NCBI RefSeq assembly: GCF_006345805.1
Contig: NC_043003.1
Coordinates: 61,442,001-61,506,000, forward strand
Source: Octopus sinensis
Taxonomy: Eukaryota
Length of the DNA stretch: 64,000 nucleotides
Direction: 5' to 3'
This document shows positions 13,878 to 27,815 of the stretch, one piece after another. A program made the position numbers and the translations under genes. The notes under the pieces were generated by a model that saw only the letters and a list, made by a program, of their open reading frames with translations, searched no databases and was not told where the DNA came from. The first letter of the stretch is position 1. Each line of letters starts with the position of its first letter.

Positions 13878-14378
13878 GGAGGAGGTGGAAAATGAAGGAT
13901 GAGGAGGAGGAAGGAGAAGATGAAAGATGAGGAGGAGGGGGAAGAAGAGGGGAGGAAGAGGAGGTGGAAGAAGAGGAGGTGGAAGAGGAGTAGGAGGAAG
14001 AAGGGGAGGTGGAAGAAGAGGAGTAGGAAGAGGTGGAAGAAGAGGAGTAGGAAGAGGAGTAGGAGGAAGAAGGGGAGGTGGAAGAAGAGGAGTAGGAAGA
14101 GGTGGAAGAAGAGGAGTAGGAAGAGGAGTGGAAGGAGTAGGAGGAAGGGGAGGTGGAAGAAGAGGAGTAGGAGGAAGAAGAGGAGGTGGAAGAAGGGGAG
14201 GAGTAGGAGGAAGAGGAAGTGGAAGAAGGGGAGGAGTAGGAGGTGGAAGAAGGGGAGGAGTAGGAGGAAGAGGAGGTGGAAGAAGGGGAGGAGGAAGAGG
14301 AGGTGGAAGAAGGGGAGGAGGTGGAAGAAGAGGAGTAAGAGGAAGAGGAGGAGGAAGAAGTGGAGGAGGACGACGACA
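13878..14378. repeat. Polypurine (GGA/GAA/GTA/GTG) low-complexity minisatellite
   Basis: About 500 nt of almost pure A/G on the plus strand with recurring GAAGAAGAGGAGTAGGAG and GAAGAAGGGGAGGTG modules. Confidence 0.95.
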
Positions 14379-14877
14379 AGTTTCTTTGCAGCCAAACAGT
14401 TCCAGATTTGACACTGACTCTGCAGCACGCGACAGTAACCCTTGATTAGTACCTTGTGATAAATGAAATAGCAAAAGTTTAAAGTATAAAAATATGTGAC
14501 ACCATGCTCTGCTTCATGTCTATTTGGGAGCATAAATGTGAAGGAAATGCAACGGAAAGAGACAAGCTTTTGTCATGTTACCAACGATATTCATTTGCTA
14601 TATTAAGTTTACTTTCTTTTTGAAAAGGATTAAAATTAAAAAAAAAAAAAAACAGTAAACAGAACTTCGACAAAATGGTTACTAAGTGTGATGGTATCAG
14701 ATCTTGTTTTTCTTTTTGTTTTTTTCATTTCACGAGATAAAAACGGTTGCTTTGAAGCAAACAGGGAAGCGGGGGGGGGGGATCACAGCAGTGAAGGGAG
14801 GCTACTCTTGCATGTTGCAAATTCAACTGGTTTAAACAACAGTTAGGATATAATACTTTTAATATATCTTCTATCTA

Positions 14878-15090
14878 GTCGGCGAGTTGGCAGAAACGTT
14901 AGCAAGCGGGCGAAATGCTTAGAGGTATTTCGTCTGTCTTTACGTTCTGAGTTCAAATTCCGCCGAGGTCGACTTCGCCTTTCATCCTATCGGGATCGAT
15001 AAATTAAGTACTAGTTGCGTACTAAGGTCGATCTAATCGACTGGCACCCTCCCCAAAAATTTCGGGCCTTGTGCCTAGAGTAGAAAAGAA
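14878..15090 (+). mobile_element. SINE family B
   Basis: GGCGAGTTGGCAGAAACGTTAGC...GAGTTCAAATTCCGCCGAGGTCGAC...CCTTTCATCC; at least 10 copies in the window. Confidence 0.85.
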
Positions 15091-16190
15091 TATATCTTTT
15101 ATCTTTTATCTATTACTTGTTCAATAAGTCAATATGATTGAGTTAATAAGATGCTATTCTTTGAATGCTCCCTACCCCAGAAAAAGAAAAAAAAAACGGA
15201 AAGTAATGTCAAATATGACAGGATTTGAACCCAGAACATAAAGACATGTAAATGAATACACAAGTGTCTGATGTATTCTCAACTTTGCTGTCTACAACTA
15301 CTATGAAGGTGAATGGCTTAGTGGTAAGGGTATTCAGCTTGCAATCATAAGGTTGTGAGTTCAATTCTTGGTGGCAGCATGTTATGCTCTTGAGCAAGAC
15401 ATTTTATTTCATGTTGTTCCAAAAACGAATAGTACCAGTAATTCAAAGAGCCATCCTTGTCACACTCTGTGTCATGCTGAATCTCCCTGGAATCTACATT
15501 AAGGGCACACGTGTTTGTGGAGCGCTCAGCCACTTGCCCATTAATTTCACAAGCAGGTTGCCCCACTGATTGAACCAACTGGAACACTCATCATAACTGA
15601 CCGTGTGCCAGTATCTAGAATGGCCTTTGTGAAATTTTAAAGAACATCTTTAACAGAATGAGGCAATTGGATGCAACTGTTTTCACACTGAAGACATGGC
15701 ATGGATGAGTGGACTTTCAGTATGTTTTGATGACAGTACTGTTTGGCATTGAACACACACACACACACACACACAATATAAGGATACAGACAAAAAGAGT
15801 GGAAGAGAGAAACATTACAATCTATTAATGGAACACTTTCCCTCTTGTCATACACAGGGAAATAAATAGACAAATAGAGAAAGAGAGAGAGAGAGGATGA
15901 GGGAGAATGAGAGAAACATTTAGAACGCCTGATGTCAAATATGTCACTATCAAACCAATGATGCCAAATTGGCAAACTGGTGCCAAAACAGCTGTGCCAA
16001 AACATCTCACAGCCCATCTTTAATATTCATAAAAACGTTTGTGGTTTTTACTTTTTCTTCTGTGTGTGTGTGTGTGGTGTGTGCATGTGCACGTGTGCAT
16101 GTGTGCCTAAAGAGAATTAATTATCAGTGGTTCCCATTTACAAAGTAAAAAAAAAATTCAGATTCCAAAATTGAGAAAATTCAAACTTAC

Positions 16191-16262
16191 AAATAATTTA
16201 ATGATTTCAGACCAAAGAAATCTATTTTTTCATAGCTTGTAAATTCATTATTTTCTAATGTT
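16191..16262 (-). CDS. ATRAID: ATRAID exon 4
   Basis: ttattattgcag acceptor, GTAAGT donor; (L)TLENNEFTSYEKIDFFGLKSLNY(L), an LRR-like repeat; 72 nt, phases 2/2. Confidence 0.9.
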
Positions 16263-16444
16263 CTGCAATAATAAAAAAAAAAAATTATATCTTAAAAGTT
16301 ATATAGAATATATCTTAAAATTTATGACTGATATTGTAAAAGCAATATTTGCATTATAAGAAATTTAATTCATTTTCATTGTATCTTGGTAGGGTCATTA
16401 TGCCAATAATAAACACACACACTGGCTCTATTTCACTTATCTTT

Positions 16445-16810
16445 TGTCTTTTAATTGTTTCAGTCATTAAACTGCAACCATGCTGGAGCACTGTGTTGAA
16501 GAATTTTAGTTGAAAGTATCAACTATAGGACTTATTTTTTTAAAACCTGAACTTATTCTATCAGTCTTGTCTACTGAACCACAATGTTACGGGAATGTAA
16601 ACACCAACACCAGTTATCAAGTGGTTGATGGGGACAAAGTCACACACACACACATTTACAATAATGGGCTTCTTTCAGTTTCCGTCTCTCAAATCCACTC
16701 ACAAGGGTTTGGTCGCCCGAGGCTATAGTAGAAAATACTCGCCCAAGGTGCCATGCAGTGGTATTGAACCTAGAACCATGTGGTTGGGAAGCTAGCTTTT
16801 GACCACACAG
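16445..16810 (-). mobile_element. SINE family A
   Basis: Same head, body and tail as the other family A copies; diverged. Confidence 0.8.
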
Positions 16811-17752
16811 ACACTTCTTTCTCTTATTTGTCAATATGCTAACATTTAACCAATTAATCAATCGTTTCATTACTCAATCAGACAGACAATCAATCAATCA
16901 GCTAGGCTTGTCAAAGTCTTTTCATCATCATCCATAACCTCTTCAATGCCCACATTCTTATTCACATCCTTACAAATATAGCACCTGTAAACTGACAGAA
17001 AAATAGACAGACCCGAAACAGACCTGGAGTAGAGCTGGCTTGTTATTGATGAGATTGCAAGTGGCAATGAAAAGACATTGAAAAAGCCTACCAGATTGCT
17101 TGACTGTCCAAATGGTTAATCAAACAATCAGTTAAATATTTAATCAACTGACAAATAAAAATAAAGAAGTGAAATACAACTAGTGCATGTGTTTATTATT
17201 GGTATAATGACCCTCCCAAGGTATGAGAAAATCTCTTTCAACACATGAGTTCACATTAAGAATCACCCAAAGAACTCTGTATAGTGGTTGGCATTAGGAA
17301 GGACATCCAGCTGTACAAAAAGAAAATCATGCCAATAGACAGTGGAGCTTAGCAAAGTACCAGCTCCTGTCAAACTGCCCAACCCATGCCAGATGGATGT
17401 TAGATAAAGATGATTGTGGTGGTGGTGGTGATGGTGATGATGATGGTGATACTAGCAAACAAAATACAAAAACAAAAAATTCATTTTCTCTTTCAGCATA
17501 GATGACGTATTAATTCATGTTTTAGCTCATGAAGTTTTAATTACAATCCACAGTATGTATTTCACTGTGTATTTAATCAATTTATAAGAATTCAACATAC
17601 ATACAGGAGTGTATATAAACCCTTAAAAGAAAAATAAATAAGCATTTGCAACAGAAGGAAATTACTTTTTATCTCGAAAAAAGCCCAAAACCAGAGCTAA
17701 GAACCAACCCTAACAAGCATTGAAGAGATTGTAGCCACTTTAGGAAACTTAC

Positions 17753-17827
17753 AAAATGTCCATGTCTAAATATTCCTCAAACATTTTGCCGTGCAATTCT
17801 TTTATTTTGCAACCAGTTAAATCAAGT
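17753..17827 (-). CDS. ATRAID: ATRAID exon 3
   Basis: tttcatttcag acceptor, GTAAGT donor; (G)LDLTGCKIKELHGKMFEEYLDMDI parallels human GLDLQNCSL; 75 nt, phases 2/2. Confidence 0.92.
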
Positions 17828-18504
17828 CTGAAATGAAAAAATAAAAAAATATGAGTACATTTACAAAGAAATATTTACATATAAGCATCATCATTAAAGT
17901 TTTTTATGTCTGCTTTACCATTCTTTCATGGTTGCACAAGTGTTAACCATCAAAAATGCACATGCAAGCATACACAAACTGTCTAGTTGCTTACGGGATA
18001 TATGAATTTACCACAAATATCTACATATAATACTCTACCATTTATAGTAGTGGTTCCCAAACTTTTCCAGGCTGCCACCCACTTGACCCCCAGGCCACAT
18101 TCCTAGTGCTCCCTCACCCTCCCCAGCACAAATATAGACCACTTTCTGCAGCAAATTCAAAACAACTTTATTTCACAAATAAAACATAACACTAATTAAA
18201 CTATTAATTTTTTTTTTTTACATCTATCACCTCATTTTGGCCACCACATTATCAACCCACTTTTTTTCAACGCCCTAAGGATCTTTCCACAGCCCCCAAA
18301 GGGGCAGTACTACCCACTTTATAGTATGCATCTCAATTTTCAGACCTAAATTTTCTCAAAAACCTTACAATCCCAAAAGTAGACAAGTTACAATAATCCT
18401 TCGTCTATGTTCTGAGCTTGTAGGCTTAGTCTGAGAGGCCAGATCCGGCTAGTTTGCACATAAGATAGGTAGAATATTTTGGCCAGGTAATCCAATCATT
18501 CTTT

Positions 18505-18892
18505 TATTTGTTTCAGTTATTTTGACTGCAGCCATGCTGGAGCACTGCCTTTAGTTGAACAAATCAACCCCAGGACTTATTCTTTGTAAGCCTAGTATTT
18601 ATCCTATCGATCTCTTTTGCTGAACCACCAAGTTACGGGGACACAAACACACCAACACCGGTTGTCAGGCGATGGTGGGGGGATAAACACAGACATACAT
18701 ATATACATTTTATTTATATATATACATACACGATGGGCTTTTTTCAGTTTCCATGTGCCAAATCCGCTCACAAGGCTTAGTCGGCCCAAGGCTATAGTAG
18801 AAGACACTTACCCAAAGTGTCACACAGTGGGACTGAACAAGGAACCATGTGGTTGGTAAGCAAGCTACTTACCACACAGCCACTCCTGCCCC
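18505..18892 (-). mobile_element. SINE family A
   Basis: Full-length copy with internal (TA)/(CA) tract. Confidence 0.85.
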
Positions 18893-19776
18893 TCATGTAT
18901 GTGAATGGCAGTTAATACAGTGAATTATCTGTTGCTCATGATAATTTAGTTTAAGTAGTATCAAAGCCAATTTTCAAAACAAGAAGGCTATAACCAATAG
19001 AGTAATCTCAATTTTTATGGATCATGGGTGATAGATTCAATCCACTACCTGATTTCAGACTGTTACCACCAGGCACCTTCGCTGCCTTTAACAGAGTCCG
19101 CTCTAGTTCAGCATTCGAGCCAGGTCTCTGAATTAAAGATACATTCCTCTCTCAGTCCCTCACACCAATCTCGAATGGTCTTGTGAAGGGTCATGATATG
19201 CTTACATCCTGAATTCAGAACATCAAGGGAGGCAACTCTATGCCATCTGTTCGATACATGTTCAAGTGGGGACAAACATACACACAATTTTAAATATACA
19301 CGAGTGGGGACGGGGACAGCATTCCACACAGTTTCCATCTATAAAATTCACTCTGAAGGCATTGGTCAGACTGGCACTACAGTAGAAGACACTTGCCAAA
19401 GGGTGCTGGACAACGAAACTGAAACCAAAACCATGTTTTTGGTTTCAGTTTTAAATGCCAGAAATACATATTTCTGACATTCAGAGAAGGGTATAACAAT
19501 TATCTCAACACCAGAATTTATTTGACTGGTTCTAAATTTTAAATTGATTGCAGTGGGATTTAAAATCAGAGCCTAATGAGCTGTGATTAAATACTACAAA
19601 GGTAAATTCAAAATTTCCTATATATAAACATAATTATAATTAGGGCTTAGCAAAATTGCTTCACCGAATACCGAAATTTACAAATAGCAGTTAAATATTA
19701 TTCTACTACCATAAGATATCTCTCAGATTTGATGGACTAATAGCGGTACATAAGCTGACTTAAAAAATCTCTAGCG

Positions 19777-19843
19777 AGACTTTTTATTGATGTACCTGAA
19801 GAGACCCAGAACAGGTCGAAATGTGTTGTACCCAATAAAGTCT
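19777..19843 (+). ncRNA. Minimal type-I hammerhead ribozyme motif (Penelope-like-element type)
   Basis: CUGAAGA 19796-19802; stem II GACC/GGUC with a 7-nt loop; GAAA 19818-19821; stem III A-UGUG-U; UU cleavage site 19826-19827; stem I of 4+7+4 bp. Confidence 0.7.
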
Positions 19844-20459
19844 ATTACACATTCCAGCTCCTATTTTATTAATACTATATATATATATATATACATACAT
19901 AAGGATAAGCATCTTAGAAGGGGTCCATGGGAAAACTCATTTAAATAAACGTGTTGGAAACCACTGGTCTAACCCATCACTATGCTGGTATTTTATTTTA
20001 TCAATCCCAATAGGATAAAAAGCAACATTAACCTCAGCAGGACTTGAACTCAAAAAGTAGAGATCATCATAATTATTAATGTCCACATCCATGCTTGCAA
20101 GGGCTTCAGTTGCCTTTAAAATGTGATGGGGACGAACCAACATTTGTTGATTCTTAAAAGAGCATGTTAGTATTCCTTATGGTGCCTTTCCCAGACCCTA
20201 TCACATAAATAAAATTTTACGCTAATTAAATTTTATATATTCAAATGAAGTTCAGATATAAAAAACAAAAGTAAGATCAAAAATAATTTATTATATCAAA
20301 TAAACAAAAAATAAAACATAGATATTTGGACAAAAAAATAAAGTAAATCTGTCTTTCAGAACTTTGCCGTCAATAAATAATTTAGCAACTTCATAACTGA
20401 TCTTTTTGAAACCATTTCTACAAACATGGCATACTAGAAAATGATTCAACTTTTGCTGA

Positions 20460-21100
20460 GACACAGTCAATCACAACCAAGTTCTGAGTCTCTGTTGAGT
20501 GCTAAAAGATCTTTCAGCTTCACAAGAACTGGTTGGAAACACTAAAAGTAGCCTGAGCAATCGCTCAACATTTGGAAACATGCAACAGACTTCTGGATGC
20601 ATTTCACTGAATATTTTACGGTGATCCTTGAGAGATGATCCACTATGATGATTTCTATAGAAAAGTATTTCATTCCTTAAAGAAAATTCATCAAGTTCTG
20701 GATACTGCATGATCATTCAGCACAAAAATTTCCACTGAGTAAAATATTGCTCAGTTTTTCATAATCTGCTAAATCCTGTGAAAAAAAAAAAAAATTCAAA
20801 TTTGCTATTGCAGTATCCACTACCTGCAATTACTGCACTCTGCAATGATCCCAAACAGTGCAGTGTTGATATTTTAATGCATCTCCTTCCTGGTATCTTT
20901 TAGGAACTTTTCATTGCCTGGGTAGCTCTAAAGGAGAAATATTGACTTGATAAATAATTTTTTCTGCTGTTTTGAACAGCTTCTGAAATTTTCTTCACTG
21001 CTTAGACTTTTTAGCTCCTCTTGCACCACTTTGACACTAGGCAATGTGCCACCTAGATTGTTAGTGGTACTTTGTTTTTTTAATTGGGAAAAAGTAGTGG
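20460..21100 (-). mobile_element. Decayed hAT transposase (C-terminal dimerization domain)
   Basis: FPNVERLLRLLLVFPTSSCEAERSFSTQQRLRTWL matches the hATC motif; upstream PRQ*KVPKRY segment with stops. Confidence 0.8.
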
Positions 21101-21384
21101 GGACAAAAGATGGTTTGTCCCTAATTCCTGAAAAAATGGGGAGGGGACTTGTCCCCTGGTACCCTCCTGAAACAAGGCCCTCGCCTGTATGGGCCAGGCA
21201 GAATTTTATGAAGCAGATTTTTTTTTACAGCCTAAATTGTATTTACTTAATTGACTATGGGCCCCATACATACAAAATATTCAGTTTTGTACTTTGTCAA
21301 AAGAATGAAGAACATGACTATTAAACTGACCTTATCGAAGATGTTATTTTGCTAAAAGTCTGACAAAAAATTCAGATTACTCAC

Positions 21385-21518
21385 CCATAGACAACAGAGT
21401 GGTTTGTGTTCGTACAGCATCGATAAAACATTTCAAAGGACTTATCACTTTCACAGTAAGAAACAACTTTAGAATCGTTTTTGAGTGGAGAAGAACATTT
21501 TGAGCATAAAGACAGGTC
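21385..21518 (-). CDS. ATRAID: ATRAID exon 2
   Basis: tttatttccag acceptor, GTGAGT donor; DLSLCSKCSSPLKNDSKVVSYCESDKSFEMFYRCCTNTNHSVVY(G) parallels human EICTQCPGSVQNLSKVAFYC...RCC; 134 nt, phases 0/2. Confidence 0.93.
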
Positions 21519-22389
21519 CTGGAAATAAACAAAATAAAATAAATAAATAACAATTATATCAAATACATTCTGAAAATAGAAAATGAACCATTTCTTTTCT
21601 TAATACTTCAATACCATCATCATTATAATCATCAAAGGCGGTGCTCCAGCATGGCCACAGTCAAATGACTGAAAAGAGTAAAAGAGTATATATTACTGAG
21701 GCACTCTTTTCCAGCCATACGCTCCTCCTATCGCCAACCCTTAACTGTTTTACAAGTAAGGGATTTCTCTTTTTTTTATACACATATGAAGGAGATTTGG
21801 CTGTTATTTCTAACTGCCCATGTGACCATCTGGAGGCTTTTTCCTTCGTTACCATAAATAAATGTCATTGCTGTTGATTAGCAGTAGATTATTTCTAGAT
21901 TAGTGTCTTTGTGACTGTGTCCATATCTATTTTCTGGACGTGGTGTGTCTAGAACATCATCAGCATCATTTAATGTCTGTGTTCCTTTCTAGCATGCGGG
22001 GTGGGTACCACAACAGCTGGCCAGGCCAAAGCATGCACCAGACTTCTGTTACTGTTTTGGGAGGATTTTTGAAGCTGGATGCCCTTCCTAACACCAACCA
22101 CAATATTAAATGTATCTTCCTTTCTATAAAGAGATAGGATACGATTTAATGGAGATTTGACTGCTATCTCTTGTAGGTTGAGTGAACACGTCAGCTCAAA
22201 AACTAAATTTTAAATATCATTGGTAGTCCACCAGTATGACTGACATTGATACGTAAAATATGATTTATATTTATTTTATCGATCCCCACAAAAAGATAAA
22301 AGGTAGTCAACCTTAGTGGAATTTGAACTCAAAAGTAAAGTCAGTAGCAATATCATTGAGCATTTTGTCCAGCATGCTAAGAATTCTTA

Positions 22390-22620
22390 TTTCTTTATTG
22401 CCCACAAGGGGCTAAACACAGAGGGGACAAACAAGGACAAACAAAGAGATTAAGTCGATTACATCAACCCCAGTGCGTAACTGGTACTTAATTTATCGAC
22501 CCCGAAAGAATGAAAGGCAAAGTCGACCTCGGCGGAATTTGAACTCAGTACGTAGCGGCAGACGAAATATCGCTAAGCATTTCGCTTGGCGTGCTAACGA
22601 TTTTGCCAGCTCGCCACCTT
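22390..22620 (-). mobile_element. SINE family B (young), within a cluster of B copies at 22270-23075
   Basis: Near-identical to the copy at 62326-62558. Confidence 0.85.
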
Positions 22621-23364
22621 ACATAATGATGAAGATGATAATCCTTTCAAGTTTGTAGCAGAAAACCAGTAGTTTTTGTGGGAAGGGTAAAGTCAATATA
22701 TTGACCCCAATATTTAACTGGTACTTCATCTATGTACCTCAAAAATGATGAAAGGCAAAGTCAACCTCGGTGGAATTTGAACTCAGAACATAAAGACGAA
22801 CAAAATGTCATTAAGCCTGTTGTCTGGCATGCGACTGGTTCTGCCAGCTCGCCACCTTAATAATAATAAGAATAATCCACTCAATTAAAGGCACAAGGCC
22901 TGAAATTTGGTGGGTGGAGGCAGTCAATTACATCAACCCCAGTGTTACACTGGTACTTAATTTACTGACCCCAAAAGGATGAAAGGCAAAGGTGATCTCG
23001 GTGGAATTTGAACTCAGAATATAATGACAAGCAAAATACCGCCAAGCTAATGATTTTACCAGCTCACCGCCTTATTTATGATAATAGCAATATTAATAAT
23101 AAAAATAATTATTATTTTTGATGTAGGCACAGTGAATTTGATGAGTGTGTTATGTATATTTGTATGTATGAATGTATATGATATATATATATATATATAC
23201 ATATATATATACTTTATTTAAAGCAGCAGTAAATTCCACAAAACCTGTTACTCAGAGTAACAGGTTTTGTGGAATTTTCTGCTGCTTAAATAAAGCATAT
23301 TACTCTACCACTGGTATTTGAGTACTCTTTTTTCCACCTTGTTTTACATTTACGTGTTTACTCC

Positions 23365-23439
<75 letters not shown>

Positions 23440-23728
23440 GTATGAATATATATATATATCATCATCATCATTTAATGTCTGCTTTCCATGCTAGCATGGG
23501 TTGGACGATTTGACTGATGGTCCAATCTGATTTGGCAGAGTTTCTGCAGCTGGATGCGCTTCCTAATGCCAACCACTCCAAGAGTGTAGTGGGTACTTTT
23601 ACATGCTACCAGCACGAGGTCCAGTCTGGCAGTACTGGCAACGGCCACGCTCAAATGGTGTTTTTTACATGCCACCTGCACAGAAGTCAGTCCAGCGGCA
23701 CTGGCAACAACTTCTATGCAGGTGTACA

Positions 23729-23761
<33 letters not shown>

Positions 23762-23764
23762 ATA

Positions 23765-24234
<470 letters not shown>

Positions 24235-26291
24235 TGTATTATAATATATATATATATATATATATAATATATATGTATATATATATATACACACACGTGT
24301 GTATATCATTGTCTAGGCGTCATATGATGGTGGCAAAATGTGCCGGTGTCACATGAAAAGGACTTGCGCCAGTGCAACATAACAGGGACCATGCTGGTAC
24401 TATGCGAAAAGCTCCCAGTAAACTCTGTAAAATGGTTGCCATTAGGAAGGGCATCCAACCATAGAAACCACACCAAAGTAGACAATCGGAGACTGGTGCA
24501 GCTCCACATATGACCAGCAACTGTCTAGCCCTCCAACACACACCAAAAGGGACATTAAAGGATGATGATGATGATGGTAGATTCAAAATGTGCTAAATCA
24601 TGGACTTTTAAGAGAGCAGAAATCAAACAGCCAGATAAATAAGTATGCTGATTTCAATAGTTGTCATTGTTTAGCTTTAGATTCAGCATTATTATTAAAG
24701 ACAACTCAGCCATGACTATCCACTCTGATACATTACCTAATATGTATTTCATTTCTTTTTTGATGGTAGGGTGAAATTAGTGGTTGATTTAGCTGCTGTT
24801 TCTAGCTGCTCAAAGGACTGCAAAGAGGTTTCTCAGAAGACTCATAGTCCAGAATATTATTGTAGCTGATTTTAAGCTCCAGGGCAGCTTTTGATCAAAG
24901 ACATTTCAGCCATGACCATCCACTTTATTAATCATTATCTAATGTGTCCTTCACAAGTAGTAGCTGATTTGGTTGCTATTTCTACCAATACATTTGACTG
25001 CAGAGAGGTCCTCTTGAAGTCTCAGGGTCTAGAATGTTGTTGGTTAGCCCCAGGTTAACCTGATAATCAATGCTATTAAAGCCATGATCATCTATCTTAT
25101 TTTCAGACAGCATTCATTATATCAAAACCTACATTATCTAATACAGCCTTTGCTTTGCATAAGAGTATAGTGTTATTTGAGAGAAATTTAGCAGTATTTC
25201 TAGAAGGTTGAGCTTCTGTGTAGAGGTTCCTTAATTGGTGACATTAACAGGTCAGCTTACAAGCTCCTGCTAATACTGAGGAATTGCTCTTTTACAAGTA
25301 TTTCACCACACTTGCCGGTATCCCACCCAGAAAAGAAAGCAATTGTGATCTTGTGATGAGATTTGAAATATTATATGAAAACTGTAAATCAATAGTATAT
25401 TGATTTTATGTTAATTACATTTTATGAGAGTACAAATGATTGATTTTTTATCAGGAATTTTATAAGAGAGAAGAAATAGTGCAAAGCTAACCAAACAATG
25501 TTGGCGTGGAATAATGGAATAGCTATGAGAATGATGGAATAGCAGTAGATTCTAAGGTCTGGTAGTAATGGCTACATTTGTGATTGTTGGATCATACATA
25601 TCATCAACATCTGCTAGAACAAGTCAATGAGGGTATTTCTACATGGTCATTCAACTGATAGAGAGAACAGCTAAATGTCTATGCCCCACAGATCACACCT
25701 TGCTATCATCACCATTTAGAGTTCATTAGCTGTGCTGCATGTGTTGAATGGTTCAACAGAAGCTGGTAACCTGGAGGACTGTGACAAGCACCAATGTGTC
25801 TGCTTTTACATGGTACCTGAGGCTGGATGCCCTTCCTAGCGTTAACCAGTCTACAGCATGTGCTGGGTGCTTTTTACATGGTACTGACAGCAGTGAGGTC
25901 ACCAAGTAACTCTCTAGACAAGACCCCTCGACTGAGGTGGCTTTGTGCGAGGTGATGGTAAGTCAAATTATAACAGAGGGACAGAAACAGGGTGTTTTGC
26001 TAGAGGGGAGATTCATAAATACCCTGGTTGGAAGAGAGAGAGAAGATAGCATTTAAGATATGTCAGGGAGTAACCTCAAGTTGCAGGAAGGTGAGAGAAA
26101 TGATAGAGGACTGGACAGGGTGAGTGGGTAGTGAGTTTGTAAGGGCATAGAAAAAGGGTGGCAGATGGACAGAGGTGGGGACAAAAGAGGTATGCTAAGA
26201 GAATTGAACAGAGCAGGGGCATGGATAGTGGTGAATATTAGATGGAGGGAAAGCAGTGGAAATAGGGTACTGTTATAAAAATAGAATAAAC

Positions 26292-26460
26292 AGCAGGAGT
26301 GGCTGTGTGGTAAGTAGCTTGCTAACCAACCACATGGTTCCGGGTTCAGTCCCACTGTGTGGCATCTTGGGCAAGTGTCTTCTGCTATAGCTCCGGGCCG
26401 ACCAATGCCTTGTGAGTGGATTTGGTAGACGGAAACTGAAAGAAGCCTGTCGTATATATG

Positions 26461-26508
<48 letters not shown>

Positions 26509-26705
26509 TGTTTCTTCCCCTAGCATTGCTTTACAACCGATGCTGGTGTGTTTACGTCCCCGTCACTTAGCGGTTCGGCAAAAGAGACCGATAGAATAAC
26601 TACTGAGCTTACAAAGAATAAGTCCCGGGGTTGATTTGCTCAACTAAAAAGGCGGTGCTCCAGCATGGCCGCAGTCAAATGACTGAAACAAGTAAATGAG
26701 AATGA
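26292..26705 (+). mobile_element. SINE family A (young, full length)
   Basis: Complete head, (TA)(TG) tract and tail. Confidence 0.9.
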
Positions 26706-27269
26706 GAGCATAGTGTAGTCCTAGGTACACTATGCCTGAATAAAAGACACCATAGTCGCTGTTGAAATGCTTTTTATCATTGGCCTGCTTAGTGTTGAGC
26801 TACCACTTAGATACAACAATATCTAGGAAATTGAGATAATGAGTGATCAACCTGTGTTTGCAAATATAAACGTGACAATAGGTGCAGGTGTGACTGTGTG
26901 ATAAGAAGTTTGTGACCCAACCACATAGTTCCAAGTTCAGTCCCACTGCACAGCATTTTGAGAAAGTATCTTGTATTAGAGCCTGAGTCAACCAAAGCCT
27001 AGTGAGTACAACTGGTGGATAGAAACTGAAAGAAGCCCATTGTGTGCGTGTGTGTGTGCGTGTGCATGCATCTATTCATGTTTGTCTCTCATCACCACAG
27101 TTGGTTTTTTTGCAGCCCTGTAGCTTAGCAATTCAGCAATAGAATAAGTACCAGGCTGAAAAATAATAATTACTGAGGTTCAGTTAAACAAGTAAGGGAT
27201 AAGGGATGTCTCCCAAACCCTTAGAAGTTAAGGTCAGATATGTGGATATGATTCTACAGAATGAAAAAA

Positions 27270-27815
27270 ATTCTTTTATTTGTTTCAGTCATTTGACTGC
27301 GGCCATACTGGAGCACCGACTTTAGTCGAACAAATCGACCTCAAGACATATTCTCTGTAAACCTAGTACTTATTCTATCTGTCTCTTTTGCAGAACTGCT
27401 AAGTTACAGGGACGTAAACACGCCAGCATCAGTTGTCAAGCGATGGCGGAAGGACAGACACATACCACCTAACTGGCCCTTGTGCCGGTGGCATGGAAAA
27501 GCACCCACTACATTCTCGGAGTGGTTGGCGTTAGGAAGGGCATCCAGCTGTAGAAACTCTGCCAGATCAGATTGGAGCCTGGTGCAGCCATCTGGTTCGC
27601 TAGTCCTCAGTCAAATCGTCCAACCCATGCCAGCATGGAAAGCGGACGTTAAACGATGATGATGATGATATATATATATATAGATATATTTCAGTTTCCG
27701 TCTACCAAATCCACTCACAAGGCTTTGGTCGGCCCGAAGCTATAGCAGAAGACACTTGCCCGAAATTCCACGCAGTGGGACTGAACCCGGAACCATGTGG
27801 TTGGTAAGCAAGCTA
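27270..27815 (-). mobile_element. SINE family A with nested family D element (~27480-27668)
   Basis: The A tail and head are separated by a D element lying in the internal microsatellite. Confidence 0.8.

Noticed and set aside
13825-14533. Ser-, Pro-, Arg- and Gly-rich ORFs of 170-222 aa
   Set aside because: They are translations of a low-complexity purine tract in ATRAID intron 4; the same applies to 60984-61689.
17041-17090. UUGAUGA-stem-GAAA hammerhead-like string
   Set aside because: Stem II is present, but there is no credible stem III or stem I.
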